Of a stretch of 58,014 nucleotides of DNA, positions 39,374-52,649 are shown in pieces. The position numbers were made by a program, and so were the translations under genes. The DNA lies in NCBI GenBank assembly GCA_040380025.1, contig JBEIJY010000013.1, positions 1 to 58,014 on the forward strand. The letters are read 5' to 3'. Source of the DNA: Bdellovibrionales bacterium (GTDB lineage Bacteria; Bdellovibrionota; UBA1018; CAIMNF01). The notes beneath the pieces were generated by a model. It was not told the DNA's origin. It was given only the letters and a program-made list of their open reading frames with translations, and did no database searches. How positions within the stretch are numbered: position 1 is the stretch's first letter; every line of letters starts with the position of its first letter.

Positions 39374-40156
39374 TCACCTGAACAGCCCGGATTTCGTCGC
39401 CCACCAGACGAGGGCGGGAAACGTCGCGATCCAAATCCAGAAAAACCGATTGAGCCCGAAGAAAACCACGTTTCCGACATGAAACAAGGCCGCGAACAGA
39501 AGCGCGACCGGCACAAGATGCGGAACCAGAAGAAACGGGATCAGGAGCTGAAACAGCACTAAAACCGCCGAGATCGGCCCCAATGCTACTGATCCCAACC
39601 TGACCTCCCGTTTCAGGAATGCGCTCGAGACCGGACTTGCGATCAGGAACCCCCGCAGGGCCTTGCCGTTCCACCAACGGGGATTCCGCGCTTTCCGAAT
39701 TCCCGAGAGAAAATACGAAAGAATCGACTGCAGTGAAATCCAAAGAAGTCCGGCCTCGGGACGAAAGGATCCGGCAATGAGTCCGGTCAGCACCACGACG
39801 GTCATGGCATCGCTTCCGCCGTTCCATGCTCCGAGAAACCGCAGCATCGTCAACAGTGTCAGCAGGAGCTGAACACTCCAGCCCGTGGCCCCGAGTCCGA
39901 AGCGAAACGCCCAAATGCCGAGCGCAATGCGAAGGATTTGGATGAGGATCATCGACCGGCTCGTGAGCAAGCCCCGCCACACTCTTGCAGAAAAAAAAGA
40001 AGACTCTTCCAGGATTCTTGCGACTGCGGTCACAGGAACCTGGCGTTCGGCCGACTTGTTCCAAACGGCAATCCCGATTTCGAGTGCTTGCAGAACAATC
40101 GCAAGCGAGGCGATCATTCCGACGGCATGAAGGATCAATGACGCTTCCGGATTCAT
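39374..40156 (-). CDS. HTTM-like polytopic membrane protein
   Basis: Multiple TMs, NGGSDAM, YFLSGIRK...WWNG, FH...FGLNRFFW. Confidence 0.65.
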   Translation of the reverse strand: MNPEASLILHAVGMIASLAIVLQALEIGIAVWNKSAERQVPVTAVARILEESSFFSARVWRGLLTSRSMILIQILRIALGIWAFRFGLGATGWSVQLLLTLLTMLRFLGAWNGGSDAMTVVVLTGLIAGSFRPEAGLLWISLQSILSYFLSGIRKARNPRWWNGKALRGFLIASPVSSAFLKREVRLGSVALGPISAVLVLFQLLIPFLLVPHLVPVALLFAALFHVGNVVFFGLNRFFWIWIATFPALVWWATKSGLFR

Positions 40157-40611
40157 GACGAATCTCCGGGGGTTTCTTGAATCTCTCCGGTGCGAATCAC
40201 TTGTCCGGTGGCCGGATCCTCGAGATCAATCCGGTATTGCACCCGCCCGGCGCCGCTTTCACCGCCAAGAATCCGCGCTTCTTTCTGCACACGCTCCACG
40301 ATCCACGGGCGAAGCACAGCTTCGTCCGAGACACCGAGCCGCAAAAGCGAGTCCTCGAGCAAGACGAGGTTTCCCGCCGGATTGCAAAAAAAATGAACCG
40401 GTCGAAGCACTTGGGAGCGGGAAACCCTCTGCCAATGACCGTTCTGCGAGTCGCCTCCGCACCGGAACCAGAGCACCGGAACCGGCTCCTCGCGGTCGAA
40501 ATAGCGCCATGCCGGCACGAGTGCGCGAAACAAGATTCGCGCACTTCCCCTACGGATCGCGGGAAGAAACAAAACCAACCCGAGACCCGCGCCCAAGAAG
40601 AGCAAAAGCAT
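40153..40611 (-). CDS. Membrane-anchored hypothetical protein, partner of HTTM-like gene
   Basis: N-terminal TM, LVPAWRYFD; overlaps both neighbours (TGATG and ATGA). Confidence 0.65.
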   Translation of the reverse strand: MLLLFLGAGLGLVLFLPAIRRGSARILFRALVPAWRYFDREEPVPVLWFRCGGDSQNGHWQRVSRSQVLRPVHFFCNPAGNLVLLEDSLLRLGVSDEAVLRPWIVERVQKEARILGGESGAGRVQYRIDLEDPATGQVIRTGEIQETPGDSS

Positions 40612-41749
40612 CAGTGCTTCAGTCCCCATTCGATCAGTTCCCGTACCTCGATCGGATGATGATCGATGCGCTCGGCGGTTCCCTTGCCCAAACGCACGAT
40701 TACCCGGTTTCTCTGCGGGAGCACGATGATCGCCTGCCCGAGGATTCCCCGGGCATACGGAACACCCCCGAACTCGGTGGGATACACCCACCACTGATAC
40801 CCGTAATAGTCCACGGGCTTGCCTTCTGAGTTCGGCACCCCATGCGGTCGGATCATTTCTTTGATATACTCCTCGCGCACGACGGGCTTTCCGTTCCAGC
40901 GCCCGAGGTTCCGGACGAGCTCTCCGATTCGGGCAAAATCCCGGGCCCGCGCACTGAAGCAACAGTAGGCCTTTTCCATCCCGTCCTCGCGATCGAGCGA
41001 CCAGAGGGCATCGCTCTCGGCACCGATCGGCTTCCAGAGCTTCTCGGAGGCATAATCGGCCAGATTCCGGTTCACAGCGCGGGCGAGGAGAAGCCCGAGG
41101 AGCTGGGAAGTTCCGCTTTGATACGAGAACCGCGTCCCGGGCGGCTCCATCAGGCGCTGGCGGAGCGCCGTGAACAAAAGGTTGCTTCCGTAATACGCTT
41201 CGGCCGTGATCGACAGGGGATTGTAATAGCTTTCGTCCCAGTTCAGGCCGGAGGTCATCCGGAGAAGCTCGCGGATCGTGATGTTCCCCTCCGGAGAATT
41301 CTCCCACTCGGTCAGGTAGCGCGACACTGGCTCATCGAGATTTCGAATGTGCCCGTCCTCGAGCGCAGCTCCGGCAAGAAGCGCCAGAATGCTTTTGGCC
41401 ATCGAGAAGGATCCCGACAGGACCTCGCGGCCACCATCGCCCGAATACTTCTCGAACGCCACTGCGCCGTCCTGAAGCACCAACAAAGCCGTGGTGTTCA
41501 GCTCCTTCAGAAGCGTTGCGGTTTTTTCGGGCGGGTCGGACATCGTGAGCGCCGAGGCCGGAAGGGGCACAGCGCCCGGAAGGGCCTTCACCGTGCGGTT
41601 CGAAAAAAACCGGTAATCATAAATCGTGGCGAAGTTATGGTAAACGGCTGCGGGAAGATAGGGCTTCAGCGAAAGGAGTGAAAAAACAGAAACGCAGAAG
41701 AACCCGGCCACGCCGAGACGGACCTGACGTTTGTCGAAGGGGAAGGTCA

Positions 41750-41750
<1 letters not shown>
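40611..41750 (-). CDS. Serine hydrolase, beta-lactamase/NylB family
   Basis: SMAK (SxxK), LLRMTSGL, PGTRFSY, ARDFARIG, YGYQWW. Confidence 0.88.
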
Positions 41751-44378
<2,628 letters not shown>

Positions 44379-44480
44379 GAAATCCTCCAAGATTTTTACT
44401 TGTGCGTCGCGTTATATCTTTTTTTCGAATGAAGTGCAAAACTAATTCGATCGGGGAATCGGTCAAACAGAACCGGCAAC

Positions 44481-45380
44481 CTACTTGGTCGCAAGAGAAG
44501 CGCGCAGAACCGCTCCTGCGCGATACACCGGAACCCGTCCTGTGATCCGGCAGAGACCCATCGAATTCATCATCCGGATATACACCCAGCCGATGTCAAA
44601 TTCGAACCAACGGTGCCGGAAGCTTGGGCTTTTCGGGTATTTGTGGTGATTGTTGTGATCGAGTTCGCCGCAAATGATCCAGTTCAGAAGAAACAAGAAC
44701 CCGAGGTTCCGGCTCTCGTCTTTCGCGTCGTAATTCTGGTATCCGAAGGCATGGGCGAAGGCATTCACCCCGCCCACTGCGAACACGGGAGAAATCAAGA
44801 AGCAAAGGGTGCTCATGACGAGCCCGTACACGGGTCCGAAGAAAACCATGAGCCCCACCGCCAACCCCACCGGCGCCAAAAACAGATGCCGGGAGATGAA
44901 CCCCTCGTAGGCGTTCATGGGAATCCGGCTCCGGATTTTCAGAACCTCGGGATCGGACTTGGCGCGGGAGTAATCGAACACACCCAAAAACAACACGTGA
45001 AGCAATCCCTTTTGGGCCGGGCTATGGGGATCTTTCGGCGTGTCAGAATGAGTATGGTGGTACACATGCACGCTGACCCAGTCGGCCTTGGACATGCTTG
45101 TGACCGCCCAGAGCCAGGTCTGCATGGCGGCATCGACCACCGGATGAAGCTTCACCGCCTGATGGGTATGGGAGCGATGGAACGCGATGCTCATGCAGGA
45201 GATGGTGATGTGGGCAAGCCCGATCCAGATCAGACCCATCTTCCAGAGGGTCCCTTCTTGAAACCAAACGCCAAAAAGGCCGTTGGATCCCAACAGCCCA
45301 TCGACCGAGAGCCACGCCACGCCCAGCGACGCGATCAGGCCAAAAATCAAACCGTATGAACCAAGGTCTTTGCTTTTCAT
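44481..45380 (-). CDS. Membrane fatty-acid (delta-9-type) desaturase
   Basis: His boxes HRSHTH, HVYHH, HNNHH; DPHSP; EFDIGW. Confidence 0.9.
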   Translation of the reverse strand: MKSKDLGSYGLIFGLIASLGVAWLSVDGLLGSNGLFGVWFQEGTLWKMGLIWIGLAHITISCMSIAFHRSHTHQAVKLHPVVDAAMQTWLWAVTSMSKADWVSVHVYHHTHSDTPKDPHSPAQKGLLHVLFLGVFDYSRAKSDPEVLKIRSRIPMNAYEGFISRHLFLAPVGLAVGLMVFFGPVYGLVMSTLCFLISPVFAVGGVNAFAHAFGYQNYDAKDESRNLGFLFLLNWIICGELDHNNHHKYPKSPSFRHRWFEFDIGWVYIRMMNSMGLCRITGRVPVYRAGAVLRASLATK

Positions 45381-45500
45381 GACCCTATTGGAACACGGCA
45401 GGAAGGACTTTTGACAGGTGCGGAAGGTAAGTTGATTGTAAGTGTTCAACCGACCTTATCTATTTGACCGATCCGCCTGCCGTGCTAGCCTTACGCCACC

Positions 45501-46340
45501 ATGACGACCTTTCAAACCCTGATTGAGGCGTTTCTGAGCGCGCTCCCGACCTTTCTTCCTTTTTCGACAGCATTCGCCCGCTCCGTGTTCGAGGCACTTC
45601 TTCATTGGCCGGTCCCCGGGGCCGAAATCCAGCTTCTCGTTTTTTTGGTCGCCTCGATCGTCTTTTTGATTCAATTCCGGTACGACTGGCTCGGTATTTT
45701 CTCGGCTCTGATCCGTTCCCTCTTGAACCCGGGAAGCCTGCATCCCGGCCGCCGGACCCTCGACCAACACGTTCTCTTATTCTTGCTGATTGTTTTCCTT
45801 CCGAACCTGCTTGCCTCACTTGTCGTGGCAAGGCCACTGGAGGAGCTGGAGTGGTCCGGGCATCCGGTGCTCTTGTCGGTCCTCAGTTTCGCCCTCGGAG
45901 GATTTCTCCGCGCCTCCTTCCGTTGGAACAAACGGATCAACGGACTGAACCACCTGAATCTCTCTCATGCTGTGCTCATTTCGGCGATCGGAGTACTGTC
46001 GGTTCATCCGGGACTTCCATTGGCCGGACTCCTTTGGATCGGCTTTGCCTTTTGCAATTACCATTACGAGGCGATCCTGAAATACTCGATGCTCCTTTTG
46101 GGGATGTCTTTGTTCGCCCGGACCGGCATCCAACTCGCGGACACAGGCCTTTCTGATGCGATCTCTCGAATCGGCCCCCTGAATGCCGTGGCCGCCGTTG
46201 CCGTGCTCTTCACTGTTTTTTGGATCGGAATCGAGAATTTGCAAAAAAATCTCTCCGAGAACACCTACCAGAGCTTTCTTTGGATCAGCTCTGCGATCGG
46301 GATTTTCTTTCTTGTGGTCCATTTCTTTCTCGGGAATTAG
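45501..46340 (+). CDS. BacA/UppP-like membrane protein lacking catalytic motifs
   Basis: TFLPFST and HPGLPLAG occupy the positions of EFLPISS and PGxSRSG. Confidence 0.65.
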   Translation: MTTFQTLIEAFLSALPTFLPFSTAFARSVFEALLHWPVPGAEIQLLVFLVASIVFLIQFRYDWLGIFSALIRSLLNPGSLHPGRRTLDQHVLLFLLIVFLPNLLASLVVARPLEELEWSGHPVLLSVLSFALGGFLRASFRWNKRINGLNHLNLSHAVLISAIGVLSVHPGLPLAGLLWIGFAFCNYHYEAILKYSMLLLGMSLFARTGIQLADTGLSDAISRIGPLNAVAAVAVLFTVFWIGIENLQKNLSENTYQSFLWISSAIGIFFLVVHFFLGN

Positions 46341-46349
46341 GAGATCCCC

Positions 46350-47363
46350 ATGCTGAAAAAAGACTTCATCCAGTCCGTCGGAAACACCCCGCTCATGTAC
46401 ATCCGGTCGCTGTCCGAGATGACCGGCTGCGAGATTTACGGCAAAGCGGAATTCATGAATCCGGGGGGATCGGTCAAGGATCGCGCGGCACTCGGAATGA
46501 TCCGGGATGCCGAAGAGAAAGGGCTGATCCGGCCCGGCGGACTCATCATCGAGGCCACGGCGGGGAATACGGGAATCGGCCTTGCGCTGATCGCGAACAT
46601 CCGCGGGTATCGCACCAAGTTGTTTGTTCCGGATTCGCAATCGAAAGAAAAAATCGACACGCTCCGAGGAATGGGGGCGGAGGTGATCGTCGTTCCTTCG
46701 GCCCCGTACCCGTCTCCGGGAAACTACCGAATCATCGCGCAGGAGACCGCGAAGCGCGAGGGCGCGTTCTACCTGAACCAATTCGAGAACGAAGCGAACT
46801 GGCGCGCGCATTACGAGAGCACCGGACCTGAAATCTGGGAGCAAACCGACCACGAGGTGAACGGGTTTGCCTGTGCGATCGGCTCAGGCGGAACGCTCGC
46901 CGGGGTTTCGATGTACCTGAAAGAAAAAAACCCGGCCATCCGGATCGGGTGCGTCGACCCTGCGGGATCTGCGATGCACAACTGGTTCAGTCGAGGAGTG
47001 GCCGAGGTGAGTCAGGGCGACACCATGACCGAAGGGATCGGACAGGCTGCGGTGACCGCGAATGTGAGGCCCTGCCGGGTGGACTACTCCACGGAGCTTC
47101 CGGACGAGATCATCGTCAACATGGTTCATTACATCGTTCGCAAGGAGGGAATCTTCCTTGGCTCCTCATCGGGAGCCAACCTGTGCGGCGCCTACCTGCT
47201 CGCGCGAAAAATGGGGCCTGGCAACAAAATCGTGACCATTCTTTGTGACTCGGGCCAAAAATACGTGTCGAAGGTGTACCGTCCCGAATTTTTAAACGAA
47301 CGGGGCTTAAAAATCACGGGCGAGGCCAAGGATCTCTTTCCCGCGCTCGATTCCCGCGTGTAG
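46350..47363 (+). CDS. cysK: Cysteine synthase A family PLP enzyme
   Basis: KAEFMNPGGSVKDR, EATAGNTG, GSGGTLAG, EGIG, ILCDSG. Confidence 0.88.
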   Translation: MLKKDFIQSVGNTPLMYIRSLSEMTGCEIYGKAEFMNPGGSVKDRAALGMIRDAEEKGLIRPGGLIIEATAGNTGIGLALIANIRGYRTKLFVPDSQSKEKIDTLRGMGAEVIVVPSAPYPSPGNYRIIAQETAKREGAFYLNQFENEANWRAHYESTGPEIWEQTDHEVNGFACAIGSGGTLAGVSMYLKEKNPAIRIGCVDPAGSAMHNWFSRGVAEVSQGDTMTEGIGQAAVTANVRPCRVDYSTELPDEIIVNMVHYIVRKEGIFLGSSSGANLCGAYLLARKMGPGNKIVTILCDSGQKYVSKVYRPEFLNERGLKITGEAKDLFPALDSRV

Positions 47364-47503
47364 AGCGCGATCCCCGCCCGTACAAACTTTCGACACTTCT
47401 GCCCGTCCGAAAGCGCCAGAAGCGCGGGTGACTTCAAGGAGTCATGCCAAAAAAGCTAATGATTTCATGTTTTTAACGAAAAACATACCAAAACAATCAG
47501 AAT

Positions 47504-47518
47504 TGGCATCCCTCTTGC
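47504..47518 (+). promoter_or_regulatory. Sigma-54 (-24/-12) promoter
   Basis: TGGCAT-CCCTC-TTGC with canonical GG/GC spacing, preceded by an AT-rich tract. Confidence 0.65.
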
Positions 47519-47566
47519 TTTTTCTACTCGTGAGAGTCCAGACGAAACGAGAAAGGAAAAAGAGAG

Positions 47567-48208
47567 ATGAAAACTTTTGGAAAATTCATGGGAGCGGTTT
47601 TTGCGATCGCCCTCACCGCCTGCGGCACCCCGAATACAAACCCGATGGGACCAAATCCCTTCGGCTTAAACGGACCGAATGGGAATAACTTTTACGGTCA
47701 GGGGGGTTGCCAGCCCATTCAAAACGGTCTTTTCAGCTTCACCGCCCAAGGAGCAAGGATTGAATCGATCCGGATTCTTGCCGGAAACATTCCAACCCCC
47801 CCGTTCCAAGGAACCTATGGCCAAGTGGTCATGGGGGGACAACCGATGCTCAATAATGGCTTCAATAACGGCTTCAATAATAACGGTATGAACGGAAATT
47901 TTGCCGCTTCCTACATGGGATCAAATGGCAGCATTCCCCAACTTGTGATTTCGGGACCGAACATGATCTCCGGAACGATTCAGCTGAGCCAATACGCAGC
48001 AGCACAGCTGATGCAATACTCAGGCGGGGGCTGGAATAACGGCTGGAACAACGGAATGAATCCGAACATGCAGGGGAACCAGTTCGGACCGTGCGTTTCT
48101 TCGATCGGGCTTTGGCTGGCTCGAGGACCCAACGGAAACGGAATCATAGGGGCCACCGCATACTTTTACCTGAACTCTTCTCCAACCCCCATCGCCGTTC
48201 AGCTCTAA
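47567..48208 (+). CDS. Asn/Gly-rich lipoprotein
   Basis: Lipobox LTAC; NNGF and GWNN repeats encoded by 12-bp tandem units. Confidence 0.75.
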   Translation: MKTFGKFMGAVFAIALTACGTPNTNPMGPNPFGLNGPNGNNFYGQGGCQPIQNGLFSFTAQGARIESIRILAGNIPTPPFQGTYGQVVMGGQPMLNNGFNNGFNNNGMNGNFAASYMGSNGSIPQLVISGPNMISGTIQLSQYAAAQLMQYSGGGWNNGWNNGMNPNMQGNQFGPCVSSIGLWLARGPNGNGIIGATAYFYLNSSPTPIAVQL

Positions 48209-48241
48209 TTTCGATCGCGGAACGGATGGACTCTCTCAGAG

Positions 48242-48288
48242 AAGGCCTCGACGCCCGGATCCCCCGGGTGGACGGGGCTTTCTTGTTT
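48242..48288. terminator. Terminator-like hairpin between convergent genes
   Basis: AAGGCCTCG..GCCCGG/CCGGGT..CGGGGCTT followed by T-rich tract. Confidence 0.5.
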
Positions 48289-48302
48289 GAATGAGCATAC
48301 TC

Positions 48303-48506
48303 TCAGCAGGCAATGACATTCCGGGCAAAGAAACCCTTGGCCTCATCGGCATACAGATCGAACTGCACGTGTTGCCCGACCCTCAGGCTCCGGAACCCAT
48401 CTCCCTCAATAGAGCTGTAGTGCACAAAAACCGTGTCGCCGTCCTCGTTCTCGATCAATCCAAATCCCTTGGAATCATTGAACCAGATCACTTGTCCTTT
48501 TTGCAT
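48303..48506 (-). CDS. Cold-shock protein
   Basis: [17 protein letters not shown]. Confidence 0.92.
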   Translation of the reverse strand: MQKGQVIWFNDSKGFGLIENEDGDTVFVHYSSIEGDGFRSLRVGQHVQFDLYADEAKGFFARNVIAC

Positions 48507-48592
48507 CGCTCCTTGACGCCCTCCCCTTCCTTCATTGTGACGGAATCCGGACGGATGTCAAAGGGACATCGGGGGAAACTCAAGGCGAACGG

Positions 48593-48895
48593 TCACAACG
48601 AAAACTCGAACACGGCCTCCTGATCGTTCAGATACCCCAGGACCTTCCGGATCTCACGCTCCTGCGCCACCGGGTTCGACTGGAGCTCCCGCGCCACCTG
48701 ATTCAAATAGGCGGAGCGGGCCTCGACGGTCTCGATCTCCCGCCTGCGCTCCCGGAGCATCGAACTGACCCGGTACCACTGCTTCGCGCCCGGGCTTTGA
48801 ATCCAGAAATCAAGAATTCCGCTCAAAAGAAGAAGCCAGATCCCGAAGAACGATAGCCACACCCGATTCAGACTGAGCTTGAATTTTGGTTTCAC
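48593..48895 (-). CDS. ftsB: FtsB/DivIC septum formation initiator
   Basis: TM + coiled coil + [10 protein letters not shown]...E; immediately downstream of eno. Confidence 0.75.
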   Translation of the reverse strand: MKPKFKLSLNRVWLSFFGIWLLLLSGILDFWIQSPGAKQWYRVSSMLRERRREIETVEARSAYLNQVARELQSNPVAQEREIRKVLGYLNDQEAVFEFSL

Positions 48896-50223
48896 GAGGT
48901 CTTGAACGATCCCTTCCCTTTGAATGTAGCACGAGCCCCCAGGTGTTGTTCAAGCCTCAAGAGCTGATTGTATTTGGCCGTGCGGTCCGAGCGGGAGGCG
49001 GATCCGGTTTTGATCTGTCCCGCATCGGTGGCCACTGCGAGATCGGCAATGAAGCTGTCTTCGCTCTCGCCGCTCCGGTGCGAAATGATCGTGGTGTAGC
49101 GAGCCAGATGCGCCATTTTCATGGCTTCAAGGGTTTCAGTCACGGTACCGATCTGGTTCAATTTCACCAAGAGGGAATTTGCGACTCCCGTCTCGATTCC
49201 CTTCTTCAGGTACTCGGGGTTCGTCACAAAAAGATCATCCCCCACGATCTGCACCTGATGCCCGATCCGTTGGGTGAGCATTCTCCATCCTTCCCAATCG
49301 TGCTCGGCTAGACCGTCTTCGATCGAGAGAATCGGATACTGAGAAATCCATTTTTCATACATCGAGACCATTTCGGCCGCGCTACGTTCGGCCCCCTCGA
49401 ACTGATACACGGTGCCCGAGGCACTTTTTTTCGAAAACTCGCTGGAGGCGCAATCGAGCGCCAGATAAATTTCTGACCCCGCTTTGTAGCCGGCAAGATC
49501 GATGGCATCAAGCAGAAGCGCGAGAACCTTCTCGTGCGAACCGGGGCCCGCCTCTTCTCCGGCCGAGATCTTCGGCGCGAAACCGCCTTCGTCTCCGACA
49601 GCGGTGGTGAGCCCCTTCCGGGTCAGGATCTTCTTGAGCGCATGGAACACCTCGAACCCGCTCCGGAGCGCATCCGAGAATTTCTGGAATCCCACGGGAA
49701 CGATCATGAACTCCTGGATCGCGATGCCATTGTCGGCGTGCTTCCCGCCGTTGAACACGTTCATGAGCGGCACCGGAAGAGTCACTCCCTGGCTTCCAAA
49801 GGTCTTTGCCAGATCGCGGGTCAGAGCAAGAGGTCCTGCCTCATGCTCGGCGATCTGGGCCCGGAGTCTCGCAAAAGCCATGCTGACCGGAAGAATCGCA
49901 TTCGCACCGAGCTTCGACTTGAACGGGGTTCCATCGAGCTCCCGAAGCACATCATCAAACACCGACTGGCGGAGGAATTCTTTTCCGGTGATCGCGGGAG
50001 CGATCTCGTTCCGGACATGGGCGACCGCTTTCAGGACTCCCTTGCCCGCATAGCGTGCGGCATCTCCGTCCCGAAGCTCGAGGGCCTCGCCCTCGCCTGT
50101 GGACGCACCGGACGGCACAATCGCGCTCGCGCTCGTGCTCCCCGAATGAAGTTCTACCTCGACTGTGGGATAGCCCCGGGAGTCGAGAATCTCGCGTGCG
50201 ATGACTTTTTCAATTTTGACCAT
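48892..50223 (-). CDS. eno: Enolase
   Basis: [37 protein letters not shown]. Confidence 0.97.
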   Translation of the reverse strand: MVKIEKVIAREILDSRGYPTVEVELHSGSTSASAIVPSGASTGEGEALELRDGDAARYAGKGVLKAVAHVRNEIAPAITGKEFLRQSVFDDVLRELDGTPFKSKLGANAILPVSMAFARLRAQIAEHEAGPLALTRDLAKTFGSQGVTLPVPLMNVFNGGKHADNGIAIQEFMIVPVGFQKFSDALRSGFEVFHALKKILTRKGLTTAVGDEGGFAPKISAGEEAGPGSHEKVLALLLDAIDLAGYKAGSEIYLALDCASSEFSKKSASGTVYQFEGAERSAAEMVSMYEKWISQYPILSIEDGLAEHDWEGWRMLTQRIGHQVQIVGDDLFVTNPEYLKKGIETGVANSLLVKLNQIGTVTETLEAMKMAHLARYTTIISHRSGESEDSFIADLAVATDAGQIKTGSASRSDRTAKYNQLLRLEQHLGARATFKGKGSFKTS

Positions 50224-50279
50224 GATCGGCTCCTTTTTGTGCGCCGTGATCGTGTCAGAATCGGCGGATTTCCGCAAGT

Positions 50280-51980
50280 TCAGGGCTGGATGGTCGCGAC
50301 CGGGGCTCCGGGTCCCCCCGAGACCGCCGGAACCTCTCCCGCCTTGCGGTACAGCAACCGCCCCTCGCCCCGGGCGAAATCGATCTCGCCCCAATCGAAC
50401 AGCTGCGATCCGCGGGAGTGGACCACCTCGAGCCGCGCCCGATAGCGCCCTTCTGGAACCGCGACGCGGCCTCCGGCAAGAATCGAGGGCAGAAGCGCCC
50501 AGGATCGAAGATCCGGGGCATTCGCCCGATCGATCGCTTTTTTGGCGATCATGTACCCGGCCAGGATTCCGATTTTTGCGAGGAGATTCTGGTCCTGATC
50601 TGCTGCGCGATACGCGATCACGGCCGGGACCAGCACGCCGAGATACTGCAAGCCGACTTGAATGGCCTTTTTTGACCATTCCGCATCCATACGTTCGCGC
50701 AACTCCCGGGCCAGGATTTCTTGAAGCGGGCTCAAAACCGGAAGAGGAACCTCGAGTTCCTTTCCTGCGAGGTCTACGAGCTTGAGTCGCACCTTCACAT
50801 TGGAGTCCGGGAACCGAAGTGCGGGGAATGCCATTCCGAATCCGAGCCCCTGATCGACGGCATCGGTGAGAAACCGCGGAGGATCCTCGTCGTCGGATGA
50901 GCTCGCGGCTCCGACCATGGCGCCCGTGAATGCGATCAACCCGAACTCGGGTGCAAGCTGAAACAGGACCTGAAACCCGATCTGCTCGAGCTGGGCCCGC
51001 AACACGGGATTCTCGATGTTTTGAAACAGCAACGAAAGCCCCACCACTACTTTACGAGAACGATAGGCGGGCACAGCACCGATGTCTGCGATCACCAGAG
51101 TGTCGGTGTTTCCCGGCTCCTGCTTGCTCGACTGCTTGTCCGACTGCTTGTCTGGCCCCTTTCCCTTGCCCTTTGCCCGGGAAGCAAGGGTTTCGAGCAG
51201 GGCTTCGAGCTCCTGTCGCCCGCCCTGAAGCGTGGGGAGACCGTCGATGATCTTGGGAAGATTTTCTTTTGCCTGAAGCGCGAGAAGTTCCCCCGTGCGG
51301 CGATCCTGCGAGGTCGAGCCGCTCCCGTGGACGAATCCGCCCAAGATCCGCGCGAAGACATCTTCTTGATAAAACTTCTGATCGGGGAAGGTCCGCTTCA
51401 GGACGGTCAGATGCTGATCCCAGGCCAGAAGCTCCGCGCGGGCTTTGGTCCGGAACTGCGCCACCTCAGCGGGGGAATACTTCCGCGCCGGAAAACTCTG
51501 TGCCGGAACCAGAACCCCGCCCTGCGGGAGCTTCAGCTCGGGCACGGACCACGCAGGCGTCTCGCCCGCGTCGGCCAGAAGAAGATTCGAGAGAACCAGA
51601 AACCCCTGCACATACGAGAACTCCACGGGGTTGCTTTTGTACTCCTTCGAGAACCAGTCGAACCCGCCACGATCGCTCCGCAATTCGAGCGTGAGGCTCC
51701 TGGAACGCTCCAGATAAAACAGGGCCTTCTCGAAAAGTCCCTGACTCATCGCAACCGAAGACAACCAGAGATAATGCTGCAAGCGGCTTTCTTCGTGCTC
51801 CAGGACGTCGGGTGAATACAGAAGCGCTTCTGCCCCGGCGGCATCGCCACGAAGGTAGTGCTCGCGCGACTCCTTCAGTTTGATCTGGTCCGAGGAAGCG
51901 CAGGCCGAGACCAGAGTCGCGGCCCCCGCCAAAACGGACGTCAAAAAAAAGGCCCGGAACCCCTTGGGAATCCGGGCCAT
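50280..51980 (-). CDS. COG3014-like lipoprotein (TPR-like N-terminus)
   Basis: Lipobox VSAC, C-terminal [11 protein letters not shown]; follows LpoB-like gene. Confidence 0.7.
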   Translation of the reverse strand: MARIPKGFRAFFLTSVLAGAATLVSACASSDQIKLKESREHYLRGDAAGAEALLYSPDVLEHEESRLQHYLWLSSVAMSQGLFEKALFYLERSRSLTLELRSDRGGFDWFSKEYKSNPVEFSYVQGFLVLSNLLLADAGETPAWSVPELKLPQGGVLVPAQSFPARKYSPAEVAQFRTKARAELLAWDQHLTVLKRTFPDQKFYQEDVFARILGGFVHGSGSTSQDRRTGELLALQAKENLPKIIDGLPTLQGGRQELEALLETLASRAKGKGKGPDKQSDKQSSKQEPGNTDTLVIADIGAVPAYRSRKVVVGLSLLFQNIENPVLRAQLEQIGFQVLFQLAPEFGLIAFTGAMVGAASSSDDEDPPRFLTDAVDQGLGFGMAFPALRFPDSNVKVRLKLVDLAGKELEVPLPVLSPLQEILARELRERMDAEWSKKAIQVGLQYLGVLVPAVIAYRAADQDQNLLAKIGILAGYMIAKKAIDRANAPDLRSWALLPSILAGGRVAVPEGRYRARLEVVHSRGSQLFDWGEIDFARGEGRLLYRKAGEVPAVSGGPGAPVATIQP

Positions 51981-52000
51981 TCTGAGCCCTTCCGGAGCGA

Positions 52001-52618
52001 TCACCACTTGGCGCCGCCCTCGCTGTACTTGTTGATTTTCTCACGCGTGCGGCAGATTTCCTCAGCCGATTCGATGTCCGTGAGGCGCAGATTGACCGTG
52101 TAGGTCTTGATGGTCTTCCCGTTGCGGGTCTCGGGCTTCATATTGATGTCACCGAAGATCATTACATCCGCACCCGACTGGCGACCGATTTTCTTCGCCT
52201 GCGCCGGATCGACCATGCCGTCGTTCTGATAGGTGATCTCCTTCAGAAGCGAATCCCGTCTGGAGGCATCGATCAGGGTGAATTCATTCGAATCCGAGAT
52301 CTGGTGCAGAAGCGCATCCTCGAGGTCCTTCACCGGAAAATACGACTCGGAGGTGTTGTTTCGGATCTCGCCAACGAACATCTTGATTCGCTTGCCCGAG
52401 AACTTCGATCCGTACTCCTTGAAGCGCTTGTGGACATACAATTGCTTCATGGCACCGTCGATCACCCGTACGGTGTCGCCGTCGACCCAGTTGTCGGTGA
52501 TCTCCATGGCCTTTTCGTCCGCCTTGGCCTCATCGACCCTTTGCGCCTTGAATGAGGAACAGGCGGGTGCCGCAAGAACGGCAAGCAGCATCGGCATGAG
52601 AATGGTTTTGGTTTTCAT
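52001..52618 (-). CDS. LpoB-family lipoprotein
   Basis: Lipobox APAC, IRNNTSE, AKKIGRQSGAD, LRLTDIESAEEI. Confidence 0.8.
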   Translation of the reverse strand: MKTKTILMPMLLAVLAAPACSSFKAQRVDEAKADEKAMEITDNWVDGDTVRVIDGAMKQLYVHKRFKEYGSKFSGKRIKMFVGEIRNNTSESYFPVKDLEDALLHQISDSNEFTLIDASRRDSLLKEITYQNDGMVDPAQAKKIGRQSGADVMIFGDINMKPETRNGKTIKTYTVNLRLTDIESAEEICRTREKINKYSEGGAKW

Positions 52619-52649
52619 GAGAGGTTTCTCCTTCTGATTGAATCCGAAG

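Noticed and set aside
51118..51155. 12-bp tandem repeat encoding [12 protein letters not shown]; similar QNPS/QNPA stretch in ribBA near 17140-17180
   Set aside because: Short in-frame linker duplications with no evidence of phase variation
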